64,000 nucleotides of DNA from Mobula hypostoma (taxonomy: Eukaryota), in NCBI RefSeq assembly GCF_963921235.1, contig NC_086108.1, forward strand, positions 71,364,001 to 71,428,000, given 5' to 3'. The stretch's first letter is position 1. Each line of letters starts with the position of its first letter. A program made the position numbers and the translations under genes. Below are positions 1-11,564 of this stretch, one piece after another. The notes under the pieces are model-generated. The model searched no databases and was not told the origin of the DNA. It saw nothing but the letters and a program-made list of their open reading frames with translations.

Positions 1-113
1 TGCAAAATACTGTTATGGGAGACAATTTATAAAGGGAGATGTGCGATCGAATCCCTAACACTGAGGCAAGAGGCAGATGTTACTTTTACCTGGATAATAT
101 TTGGCCTATTTAG

Positions 114-163
114 ATGCAATGAAGGCACTGGTGGGGCTTTGCGCGTTGGTCGAACTTTACACT
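114..163 (+). CDS. Candidate small exon (MKALVGLCALVELYT), unverified
   Basis: Acceptor ttggcctatttag ends at 113, ATG at 119, phase-0 donor ACT|gtaaga. Lies in CpG-retaining unique sequence. No homology recognised. Confidence 0.2.
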
Positions 164-559
164 GTAAGAAATTTTCATTGAATCATCAAACAATACTAAC
201 GGTTCTGGTTTCTCAAGCTGAATTCTGAAATTCCGGGACGAGGTCTCAAAATCCCGATGGAAACATTATATCGCAATTGGTGTCGGACGTAAATATTAAA
301 TATTAACCCAATACAATCAGATCAATGTGCAAAGATTTTCTTCTGATTGGATTTGGTTTCATTTGGGAAACAAAGTTCTTGTGTTATTTTTGTCAGCGCT
401 GTCAGCCGTGGACATCAAACGACTTTTTTTTGGGTCGGCTGTTTTGTGACTCAAATGATATGATTGGATTGACGGACAAGAAAGTTGGAAAAGAGCAACG
501 GACAGATGGAATAAAGCCCTCCTCACCACTGAGCACAACCACACGAAGCGTTGTCGCAG

Positions 560-993
560 GGAACCAGCATCCATCACCAGGGATGCCCACCAACCAGGCC
601 ATACCCTCATCTCGCTGCCACCATCAGCAAGAAAGTACAGGAGCCTCAGGACTCCCACCACCAGGGCCAGGAACGCTTGTTACCCCTCAACCATTAAGCG
701 CTTGAACCAAGGAGATAACGTCACTTGCCCCATCATTGAGATGTTTCCACTGTCAGGGACTCCTTATCTCATGTTCTTGATATTTATTGTTAATTTATTA
801 TTATTTATTTTTGTATTTGCACAGCTTGTCTTTTGCACACTGGTTGAGTGCTCGAGTTGGTACGGTCTTTCATGGATTCTATTACGGTTATTTTTATATT
901 ATGGATTTATTGAGTCTGCCGGAAAGAAATTGAATCTCAGGGTTGTATCTGGTGACATATGTGCACGTTGAGAGTAAATTTATTTTGAACTTT
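560..993 (+). mobile_element. Rex1/Babar-type LINE 3' fragment
   Basis: Decayed ASIIKDPHHPGH...RYRSL C-terminal motif and the family tail (gaatctcagggttgtat...ttgaacttt) also seen at 20.1-20.85 kb and 36.4 kb. Confidence 0.75.
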
Positions 994-1283
994 TGCTTCA
1001 ATGAAAGCTGACTATAAGATAAATGTTAACAACGGAAGTATTTTGTTTTCAAACTGTCCGGATTCGAGGAGTTCATTCAATATTACCGAAGTTTGCCTCA
1101 TGTAATTTCTAAACTCCCATAAGACACTTATTCTTAGAAACCTCGGGCTGACCTAGATTGCCAATAAAAAGTGGAGCATTTTCATTAATCGAGATTTCAA
1201 TTCATAATCCGCACCCTTCCTAATTCTTAATCCACATACTTTCTAAATGTTTGTCTGCAAAATTTATTTCTTAACGTCGGTAG

Positions 1284-1436
1284 GTAACTGAAGGAAAGAA
1301 TGACGTGAAGACCTTTGAAGAAGTATTAACAGTCTTAAATCCTGTGACCTTAGAAGAGTGCACAGGAAACACGATTTACCATGCACATTGCTCGATACAG
1401 ATGCTTGTCTTCTTTAACAAAAACGATTTGGAGCCA
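1284..1436 (+). CDS. Candidate internal exon, 51 codons (VTEGKNDVKTFEEV...NKNDLEP), unverified
   Basis: ttcttaacgtcggtag acceptor, open phase 0-0 frame, CCA|gtaatt donor, non-repetitive sequence. Confidence 0.22.
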
Positions 1437-1475
1437 GTAATTAACCTATTGTGTTTTAGCTTATTCTCCCTCTGG

Positions 1476-2255
1476 AGAATCAGAATCAGGGTAAATATCA
1501 CCGGCATATGTCGTGAAATTTGTTGTTTTGTGGCAGCAGTATACTGCAGTACGCAGTAATAAAGATCTAGAAAGGTATATTTTGTACAGAGCAAAAGTCT
1601 TAGGTGTGAATATATATATATATATTAAACAAGGGTGCCTAAGACTTTTGCTCTGTACTGTACTTGCCAACATTAAGTGAGGAGCAAGTTTTTAAATCTG
1701 GCGGGAGCAAAGGATGTTGAGAGTGAGGGTGGAGCCCTGCGGGAGGGGTGTGGGACAAGTGTCAGAGACGGAGTACCAGGGCGGTTGCGGACACACCCAG
1801 TCCTGGGACACCAGGCAGGGCATTTAATTCCAAGTACTGTAACTGAGTTATTGATCATTGTAGAATGTCTCGCTGGTGCTTCCCGCTCCCTCCCCTCTCC
1901 AACTGTGACTCCCCTCTTCCTGCCCCTTTCCCACTCGGTCCACAATAGAGACCCACATCAGAATCAGGTTTATCATCACTCACATATGTCATGAAATGTG
2001 TGTTTTTTCGGCAGCTGTACAGTGCAATATATAAAATTACTACAGTACTGTGGAAATGCCTTAGGCGCCTTAGCTATGCAGTATACATGTGCCTAAAACC
2101 TTTGCATAGTACTGTATATAAAAAATAAACAAGTAGTGCAAAATAAAAGAGGGTAGTGTTCATGGATTCATTGTCCATTTAGAAATCTGATGACGGAGAG
2201 GGAGAAGCTGTTGCCGAAACGTTGAGTGTGTGCCTTCAGGCTCCTGTACCTCCTG
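1476..2255 (-). mobile_element. Rex1-type LINE 3' ends with nested tiny MITEs
   Basis: (agaatc)n tails at 1476 and 1958; ...ctgaaacgttgagtgtgtgccttcaggctcctgtacctcc matches the copy at 31.0-32.3 kb. Confidence 0.65.
1584..1658. mobile_element. About 75-bp palindromic MITE (Tc1/mariner-like); second copy 2041-2116
   Basis: Perfect 21-bp inverted repeat gtacagagcaaaagtcttagg / cctaagacttttgctctgtac. The second copy starts and ends in TA (tacagtac...tactgta). Confidence 0.65.
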
Positions 2256-2434
2256 TTTTATTTCATATACTGTATAGTACTAATACCGGATGTCAGATTT
2301 CTACAAAATGAAATAAAGGTAGTGTGGGGTTCTTTTTGAAACGTAGGTACTTGGAAATGATGACAAGAAGAGATTTCAATAGAGACTAAAATCTTTTCTG
2401 GTATTAGGCTGGAAGGTTTTTTTTCCTCTTTCAG

Positions 2435-2453
2435 TTGGGACAGCTTAAATTCT
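2435..2453 (+). CDS. Candidate 19-nt micro-exon (LGQLKF + 1 nt), unverified
   Basis: Strong acceptor ttttttttcctctttcag and strong donor TCT|gtaagt only 19 nt apart. Confidence 0.2.
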
Positions 2454-2578
2454 GTAAGTGATTACAAAATAGCCAATATAACTGCTACAAATTCGAACAG
2501 AGAGAAAATGGTTTAATCTTACTGCCAGTGCTGAACTTTTATAAGAGGGTGGCTAGTTCCCCATTAGGTTTCAATAGT

Positions 2579-3549
2579 GAACACAAAATAACCTGCAGAT
2601 GCTGGGGTCAAAGCAACACTCACAACACGCTGGAGGAACTTAGCAGGTCGGGCAGCATCCGTGGAAACATCAGTCAACGTTTCGGGCCGGAACCCTTCGT
2701 CAGGACTGTAGAGGGAAGGGGCAGAGGCCCTATAAAGAAGGTGGGGGGAGGGTGGGAAGGAGAAGGCTGGTAGGTTCCAGGTGAAAAACCAGTAAGGGGA
2801 AAGATAAAGGGGTGGGGGAAGGGAGGCAGGGAGGTGATAGGCAGGAAGGGTGAAGAAGGAATAAGGGAAAACACAATGTGTAGTAGAAGGAGGCAGAACC
2901 ATGAGGGAGGTGATAGGCAGCTGGGGGAGGGGGCAGAGTGACATAGGGATAGGGGAAGGGAGGGGGAGGGAATTACCGAAAGTTGGAGAATTCTATGTTC
3001 GTACCAAGGGGCTGGAGACTACCTAGATGGTATATGAGGTGTTGCTCCTCCAACCTGAGTTTAGCCTCATCATGGCAGTAGAGGAGGCCATGTATGGACA
3101 TATCTGAATGGGAATGGGAAGCAGAGTTGAAGTGGGTGGCTACCGGGAGATCCTGTTTGTTATGGCGGACAGAGCGGAGGTGCTCGATGAAGCGGTCCCC
3201 CAATAGGTAGTCTCCAGCCTCTTGGTATGAACAAACAGTTCTCCAACTTCCGGTAATTCCCTCCCCCTCCCTTCCCCTATCCCTATTTCAATCTGCCCCC
3301 TCCCCCAGCTGCCTACCACCTCCCTCATCGTTCCGCCTCCTTCTACAACCCATTGTGTTTTCCCCTATTCCTTCTTCACCTTTCCTGCCTATCCCCTCCC
3401 CCACTGCTTTATCTTTCCCCTTACTGGTTTTTCACCTGGAACCTACCAGCCTTCTCCTTCCCATCCTCCCCCGACCTTCTTCATAGGGCCTCTGCCCCTT
3501 CCCTCTACAGTCCCAATGAAGGGTTCCGGCCCAAAACGTCGACTGATAT
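2579..3549. mobile_element. Penelope-like retroelement, two inverted 3' arms
   Basis: GIY-YIG C-terminus (GDRFIEHLRSVR...RLEEQHLIY) on minus 2973-3203; inverted copy of the 3' end at 3204-3549; 11-bp TSD gtttcaatagt at 2568-2578 and 3550-3560. Confidence 0.9.
2671..2708 (-). ncRNA. Minimal type I hammerhead ribozyme in a Penelope terminal repeat
   Basis: Minus strand reads CAGUC-CUGACGA-A-GGGU(UCCG)GCCC-GAAAC-GUU-GACUG: stem I CAGUC/GACUG, intact core, palindromic ACGU stem III. Confidence 0.75.
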
Positions 3550-4289
3550 GTTTCAATAGTAGTTCATGATTCGTTGTCTAATACTGGCAAGTCACAGCTA
3601 TTGGGAAGAGAGGACAATAATACTAAACATGATTTTTGGTGACAGGATAAATATGTTTTGCAATTATTTTTATCTGTATGAATAGGCAAAATGGAGCTGC
3701 CTACAGATAAGGTATCTGAGATATGGCAACTCCTTGAATGGTGGTGGCCTGAAATGATCACACAGATTATGTGTTTGAGTACACACAAAAGATATTACAC
3801 AAAATAATCAGTTTCAAATATTTGATTCTGAATAAAACATGGTTTCTTGATACAAATATAATAATAATGATATCAGCAACAAGAACAGGTATGGGAGATG
3901 TAGAATGAAGTTGTGAATATATTCAAACTGCAGAGATATAATTGACATCTGGAGCAATATATATTTTATTTTAAATCACTCCATACAGGGTATAAGATTA
4001 GCTGGCCATTTGAATAACAAAATAGAGAGAAACTATTGCTCTCGACTGACATTTCAATATCCTGGAAACATGAGATACTTGCATCCTCCAACTTGAAGAA
4101 AACAAAAAATAATTGCTTTTGGAAACATTATGTGGTTACATTTAACTAACTTTGCTGACCTCTCTCCTGAAGTCCAGCATGTTTTGCATACTTATTGCTG
4201 TGGTCTTTGGTCTGAAAAATTTGATTGCTCTCTATCGGACTTCTGAATTTTGCTCAAATTTATATGATCAGAATTGAAATTAACTTAAA

Positions 4290-4620
4290 TTTATAATATC
4301 ATGATGTAATAAGAGGGACTTCAGCCCATTGGGTGTATACTAGCTGTCTGAGCAATCCCATTAATTCCACTCTCCCATTTATTTTCCTGTAACCAATTCT
4401 CTCTCATTCCCATCAACTCTCTGTCATTCTGCTTCATCCACCTTCACCAGGGCCAATGTTGAGTGGCCAATTAACCCACAAGTACACTTCTGGCATGTTG
4501 GGAAACTGAAGCACACATAATCGCAGGGAGAACTAATAAACTCCACACAGACAGAATTGAACCCAAGTTGCTGGAATCGTACAGCCGCAGTGGCATCTGC
4601 TACCCCACTGTGTTCTGCAA
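4290..4620 (-). mobile_element. Old tRNA-derived SINE (HE1/V-SINE-like)
   Basis: gggaaactgaagcac...cagggagaac...aaactccacacagac core, shared with 57420-57660 and 58370-58660. Confidence 0.55.
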
Positions 4621-6654
4621 AGGTGAGCCAAAGATTTGTGCAAACAGTTTACAATTTATCCTGCAGCAAACCCTGTGTTTGCCTGTCACCTCTGACCAAG
4701 CCAGTCCCCATTGTTCATCTATTCTCTACTGACTTGAATTTGAACTTTCATGTACATCCAATCTCTATTATTCTCTAGTTAACACCCGATGGGACAGCTT
4801 GGCTTGGTGGTAGCAGTCTCACTAACAATTTGGAAAACTGTGGGCTCCACAAACCTGAGCACTGAGCATTCTTAGTTTAAAAAAAAACATTAAAACCAAG
4901 TCCTCATCTGTTTGTTTATCTGTATGGATGTAGAAAATTGTCAGGACTACTTAAAGAAGGACAAATGAGTTTCTCGGGCTTTCTGGTTACATTTGGAGAA
5001 CACATATTAACTGATTACGATTTCAAGATATAATAAATTTTGAGTAACATTAATGCGTTGTGTTCTAAAACAGTGAATTTGCATACAATTAATTAATTTT
5101 TTAAAAAAATTTGAGGAGGTCACTTGTATTGAGATAGCTAGTCCATGCTCTTAAGTCCGTATGCAGGATATAAGAACTGATATAATGTATTATCCTCTGT
5201 CAGACCTGAATAGGCAGGCACCTCCGTGTTTCCACCCAGCTAACATGAGTCGCCTACCACTCATTTCCAACGCAGCACTTTCAGCCTATTTAAACCCAGC
5301 CCTCATCTATAGTCCTTGTTTACCCAACAAACCAGCCAGCCTCAACCAGTTGCTCCTGGCCTTCAGTTACCTTGTTGCCTGTTGCGCTCAGTATCTGTAC
5401 TTGCTTGTTCTGTGGGCCTCGTGGCCTGTTATTTTGCAGTTTATTGGTAAATTGTCTAAAGAGTCACTGCTAAGTTGTCTCTGCTGCTCGGCTTTTGGGT
5501 CAAGCCTCCTCGACATTTCCTGACAGGACGGGTGAACCAGTGATTGACCCAGCAGAGTTCGCTCACCTGAAGGAAGTTGTGTGCTGACCCGAGTATGTGA
5601 CGCAGAAACAGCAAGAAACCATTGATCATCTATCAATGACTCTCAACCAGCTCTTCATTCTGTTACAGCGACCCTGTGCGAGTCACCCTCCTCCCTTGGA
5701 ACCTCAGATTCTGGTGCCTAGAAGCTTTGATGATCCCCAACCCGACGTTGCAACTTCTTGTCCCGGTGTGTCTTGCTCCTTGAGAGCCAGCCATCGCTGT
5801 ATTCCACGGACCAAGCCCAGGTCGCCTTTGTCATCTCTCTCCTGAAAGGGCGAACTCTGACCTGGGCCGCTGCTAACTGGGACCACCATTTGCAGTAATT
5901 ATGAGGAATACACTGCTCAGATACACCAGATTTTGGTGTAAGTGGAAGGAAGGCAGCGGATCAGATGCTGTGCCTGAGTCAAGGCTCGTGCTAGGTGTTG
6001 GATTGTTCCGTAGAATTCAGGACCATCGCGGTGAAGTGCAGCAGGAATGCAGAAGTGCTACTGGCCTATTACCATCATGGCCTCTCAGAGCACATGAAAG
6101 ATGAGCTGTCTACCCAGGATATGCCCACTGACCTCGAAAGCCTCAACACTTTGGCCCTCCGCATTGGCAAACGTTTTATGGAATGACCCTCCTGATCACC
6201 CGTCAGAAGCCCAGATCCATTCCTAGAACCATTTCTGTCTGCAGGACCTTCATCAGCAATGCCTGCAGAGCCCATGTAGTTAGGGCGAGCTCCCTTAACT
6301 CCCCGACCCCCACCCCCAAGAGTGTCAGTGTATTTATTGTAGAGCAGCCGATCACCCACACACATCAAATGCCCGCTGTGTTTCAGGAAACGGAACCACC
6401 AGGTAGGGGTGAGGGGCCTTCTATCTGATAGCTCCCCCGGCCTCTCATTACAGCACCATAGCTCAGCTCACTCCATTCCTCTTTGGCGCTATGCACACAG
6501 GAAGCTCTGGTGGATTCCAGTGCAGCAGGCTACTTTCCGGAACGGGCACCGAATGCGTAGGTTGGACTCCCCACCAAGCCTACCTCTCATTCCTTCAGCA
6601 TTACAGCCCCGTTGATGGATGTCTCCTGGGGTCTGGGATTGTTAGGAAGGACGT

Positions 6655-8190
6655 TATCCCACAAGAGTATGAAATCCTCCACAGCAATTAAATCTTTGGG
6701 CCTGAATGGGACAATTTAAAATTTACTGTACTCTGGATGTTAGTTGTATTATATAGTGAACTGTGTATATATTTGAGATGCATTCTATATTGAGTTGGAG
6801 TTTATAGCATAAGCAGGGAGGAGTGTGGTGTATTTAATATTTCATAATATTTGGGTAATCTCGTAAATATATTGTTTAAGTAATCTTTGTTGTTTATATA
6901 ATTCATTACGTAAAAATATGTGAAATGCTTTCATCATCATGCTCCATGATATGTGTGCACCTCACATAAAGAATGAAGTTAAACTCACGTTTCTGACTCC
7001 TGTGTCTTCCTTTGTATTAGTTTATTGTTTTGAAGTTACAAAACATAATTAGTGCTCTTTTTGAAACGGCAACCTGATCTTTATTCTTCCCTGCACAGTC
7101 TATTTATATTTGTCTTTTCAACATGCTCTTTGTATGTGTCCTACTTTGTTGCACTTTCTGCATATTTCACACTTAAACCTGCATTGGTGTGGTGTATGTG
7201 AACCCCTGTCACAATGGTAACATAATTTGTTTGGCCAGGCAGGTTTCTGTTTAGTCAATGCAATTTTGTTCAAGCTTACTTTCATTCCTGACTGCAACTC
7301 AATTGCATCTGTTTGTGGTTTCCATTGATAGAGTGATTTCAACTGCTCTTTAAAATGTGAATTTTGCTTCAGTCAGAAGCCATTTTTGAATGTTTTCCAC
7401 AAATTAAACAATCTCTCAGTGCTTCATTAAGCCCATCACTGAATTGACAATGCTCAATCTCTTCAATTCCACCATGTACACTGAAATTGACTCCCCTTCA
7501 TCTTGATTCTGCTTATAAAATCTAAAGCATTCTGCAAATGTCCCTGCATTACTTCCACAATATCAGCAAAGCTCATTTCCAGTGATTTGGCTGGAGCAGC
7601 TGAACTTTATGCAAACTGTATGTCCTTCCACCAAATGCACACAACAAAACTGGCATTTGTTTCTCATTGGCTATTCCATTTGCTTTAAAATACTGCTCAA
7701 TCACTTAGTACACAAAATCCAGTTATCTGTTGTGCAATTGAACACATCAATCTTTATGACTTTGGCTCTTTTTTATCATTTGAGATTATTATCAACCAGT
7801 ACTCACTGCTTAGGAACCTGTGGATTCATTTGTTTTCTATCTTTTTAAAAAAAAATGAACCGTCTCTTCCCTTCTGAAGAAACAAGTGCTGTGATTATTT
7901 TTAACTCGAATGTCTCGCTGCACTTCAACAGGTTGATAGTTGTCTCAGGTTCATCTTAAAACTTACTTGTCACCACTGCTATGTTTTGTAACACCAAAAC
8001 ATAAAACTAATTGAAAGAAAAACATTGAGCTGGGAGATATGTAAACATGCGTACTTCATTTTTACTTTAGCAAATCGTGTACTTACGACATGGTGGCATG
8101 ATAATGTATGCCATTCATGTACATACATATAACCTATAATGAATTATTTAAATGAACAATAATGCTTAATTGAACAATATGTTTACAATA
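6655..8190. mobile_element. Second Gypsy family: plus-strand PPT+LTR (about 6815-7047) next to minus-strand gag (7048-7780) and LTR (about 7980-8190, resuming 10127-10148)
   Basis: Minus ORF 7118-7342 has CYHCDRGSHTPHQC...CRKCNKVGHIQRAC knuckles. LTRs match those at 22.2, 50.36 and 54.9 kb. Confidence 0.85.
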
Positions 8191-10126
8191 GGAAAGGAGG
8201 AAGGAGGAAGGACTAAACACATTGATGAAGGTAGAGTAGTAGATGTAGTGTATATGGATTTTAGCAAGGCATTTGATAAGGTAACCGATACAAGGCTAAT
8301 TGAGAAAGTAAGGAGGCATGGGATCCAAGGGGACATTGCTTTGTGGATCCAGAACTGGCTTGCCCACAGAAGGCAATGAGTGGTTGTAGATGGGTCATAT
8401 TCTGCAAGAGGCCTGCAAGCTGGGGTCTTGGGTCTTGGGTACTTCGAGGCATGGGTATGGACTCCGAGCCAGAGACTGGGTAAGGACCCAAAACCTGGGA
8501 CTTGACTCAGGCTCGGACTCCAGAACTAGGCGATGACAAGATGAGGCTACAGGACTGGACATGGCTTGGGTGAGGAACTGGGTAGGGCGAGACACAAAGA
8601 CAGGTAAAGGCACATGGACAGGACTCAGACAGGACTGGACTAGGCATGGACTGGACAAGGGCCTTCAGGAGCATGGAGCCTTGGACTAGAAGAGACAGGA
8701 ACATGGAACATAGAGCCGAGACCCCTCCTTGGGAACAGAATGTAGGGCCGGGACTCACACACATAACACAGAGCCGGGACCCCTCCCTGGGAACAGGACA
8801 TAGGGCCAGGACTCATACACAGAACACTGAACATGGAGAGACAGATTGCAACAGAAGGTGGTGGCAAACGCCAGACCCACCTAGTGAAGGCGTGGACACA
8901 GAGACAGATCCCAACAGTAGGTGGCGGCAAACAGCCAGACCCACCTAGTGAAGGCGTGGACACAGAGACAATTCCACACAACAAAAGACAGTTCCTTATC
9001 TTGACCTAACAAGGCTCCAGTCTTGCTGTGGCGGTAAAACTTCAGTGGTACAGGCAGGGTATCCAGGCTAGGTGAGCAGGCAGAGAGTCAGGCAAGGAGG
9101 GAAAATACAGGGAGGAGAACAAAACAGTCCAGCAGGGAATCCCTAGTTTGCAGAGGTATTTATATCTCAGCTCCATAATGAGAAACATGTGCCCACAACA
9201 GAAACTGGGGAAAACCAGAAACCCCGGAACAAGGAAACATGGACTGGACCGGACCGTGAACCAGAATACAGACTTCACGGACCGGACTATGACATAGGAT
9301 GCAAAACTGGGCTGAGAAGTGGCAGATGGAGTTCAACCCAGATAAGTGTGAGGTGGTTCATTTTGGTAGGTCAAATGTGATGGCAGTATATAGCATTAAT
9401 GGTAAGACTCTGGGCAGTGTGGAGAATCAGAGGGATCTTGTGGTCTGAGTCCACAGGGCAATCAAAGCTGTGCAGGTTGACTCTGTGGTTAAGAAGGCAT
9501 ACGGTGCATTGACTTTCATCAATTGTGGGATTGAGTTTAAGAGCCGAGAGGTAATGTTGCAGCTATATAGGACCCTGGTCAGACCCCACTTGGAGTACTG
9601 TGCTCAATTCTGGTCGCCTCACTACAGGAAGGATGTGGAAACCGTAGAAAGGGTGCAGAGGAGATTTACAAGGATGTTGCCTGGATTGGGGAGCATGCCT
9701 TATGAGAATAGGTTGAGTGAACTTGGCCTTTTCTCCTTGGAGCGATGGAGGATGAGAGGTGACCTGATAGAGGTGTACAAGATAATGAGAGGCATTGATT
9801 GTGTGGATAGTCAGAGGCTTTTTCCCAGGGCTGAAATGGCTAGCACGAGAGGGCACAGTTTTAAGGTGCTTGGAAGTAGGTACAGAGGAGATGTCAGGGG
9901 TAAGTTTTTTACACAGAGAGTGGTGAGTGTGTGGAATGGGCTGCCAGCAACGGTGGTGGAGGCGGAAACGATGGGGTCTTTTAAGAGTCTCCTGGATGGC
10001 TACATGGAGCTTAGAAAAATAGAGGGCTATGGGTAAAGCCTAGGTAGTTCTAAGGTAGGGACATGTTCAGCACAGCTTTGTGGACCGAAGGGCCTGTATT
10101 GTACTGTAGGTTTTCTATGTTTCTAT
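8190..10126 (+). mobile_element. CR1 LINE ORF2 3' part, interrupted by a minus-strand LTR-type fragment (about 8410-9294)
   Basis: VDVVYMDFSKAFDKV (8170-8379); 188-aa open C-terminus 9470-10036 (LVRPHLEYCAQFWSP, RMRGDLIEVYK); (ttctatgt) tail. The insert begins tgtcatagtccggt on minus and carries internal direct repeats. Confidence 0.9.
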
Positions 10127-10719
10127 TACTGAAATATTAAATACACAACAGAACCAACCACCTTCAACCAATTGCTTTTAGCTTTCAGTTACCTTGTTGC
10201 CTGTTGTGTTTAGTATCTGTTCTCTCTTGTCTCGTGGCCCCTTATGGCTTGTTAATTCGCAGTTTATTAGTAAAATATCATTTACTGCTAAACCAACTCT
10301 GCTGCCCTGCTTTTGGATCAAGTCTCCTCTACATTTCATGACATCCCCAGCCCATTAGATAAGATCCTTTAACTTCGTGTCAGTTAGAAGTTGCCTTCCA
10401 ACCAAACGTACCATGGTGACCTGAAAAAACATGACTGTTTCTTCAAAATTAGTGGGTCCAAATCTTGGACCTCCCTTCCAAACAACTTTGTGGGCATGCT
10501 CACATTTACACGGCTTCAGTGATTCAAGAAGGCAATTCACCACCATCTTCTCATGGGCAAATAAGTGCTAGTTCAGCATGCAAAGGTCATATCCTTTCAA
10601 TGATTAAAAAAAAAACACTGAACTCACATCCCACAGAATTAAAAAGAAATGTTGCTGGTTTTGTAGCTGAACGTTTTGCGACCAGAAATCAGGTCCAATT
10701 TGTACCTTGTTCTCCTCTC

Positions 10720-11220
10720 TCTCCTGGAGAAAAGGAGAATGGTTTCTGTGATGTACTGAGCCACACACCGAACTCTGCAGTTTATTGCAGTGAAAGACAG
10801 AGCAGTTGCTGTACAAACCGTGATGCATCCAGATAAGATGCTTTCTATGGCACATTGATAAAAATTGATGAGGGTCAAAGGAGACAGGCTAAATTTCTTC
10901 ATGCTCCTGAGGAAGTAGAGGTGTTGGTGAGCTTTCTTGGTCATGATATTTTCAAGGGTAAACCAGGACAGGCTGCCAGGCACCTTCGCTCCTTGGAATT
11001 TGAGGCTTTTAATTGTCTTGACCTCAGCACCATCAATGTAAACAGGAGCAGGTGCATCACCCCTTTCCTAAACTCAATGAGCAGCTCCTTTGTTTTGCTG
11101 ACTTTGAGGGAAAGGATGTTGTCTTGACACCATGACAGTAGTCTCATGATCTCCTTCTTGTTATTTGAAATACAACCCTCTATAGTGGTATTATTTGCAA
11201 ACCTGTAGATGGAGTTAGGT
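10720..11220 (-). mobile_element. Rex1-type LINE fragment
   Basis: WCQDNILSLKVSKTKELLIEFRK and KKAHQHLYFLRSMKKF...FYQCAIESILSGCI motifs. Confidence 0.8.
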
Positions 11221-11564
11221 TGAGATTATGTGGGCAGTGGGAAAATCTTCCTTCTTGTGCTTCTTGATCTCGTCACTTGAGATTCAGTGTCACGCAACCG
11301 TGCCACTTTGATCTGGTCCACACCTTCATTAACCAGGTCCAACACTCGCCTTTATTGGATCTTCCTCCTCCTTACAGAAGTCAGTGGGTTTTGTGGGGGT
11401 GGGGCTAGGGTTAATTAGGATAAGGGTTAGTTTAAAGGCTGCAAATTGGAAAGTTGTGTCTGCACTGAAAAGATGTATATTCATAAGCTGATTTCCATTG
11501 TCAGTTAATTGGAAAGGAAACACAGTAAACAGGTATGTATACCAGCCTACAAACAGTTCGCAAT

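Larger units (their letters stand above)
5198..10343 (+). mobile_element. Sushi-class Ty3/Gypsy LTR retrotransposon, internally deleted, with nested insertions
   Basis: 5' LTR 5198-5525 (tgtcag...ctgaca); homologous partial 3' LTR about 10147-10343; TSD tcctc/tcccc. Decayed PEG10/RTL1-like Gag (AFVISLLKGRTLTWA, VEFRTIA, HGLSEHMKDEL, EPM*LG, CIYC) and protease ALVDSSA at about 6500-6530. Confidence 0.85.

Noticed and set aside
3686..3888. Exon-like segment (tag...cag|gtatgg)
   Set aside because: All three frames contain stops and I recognise no homology.
5540..6400. Domesticated PEG10-like gene
   Set aside because: Multiple stops and frameshifts with LTRs retained; it is a dead retrotransposon.
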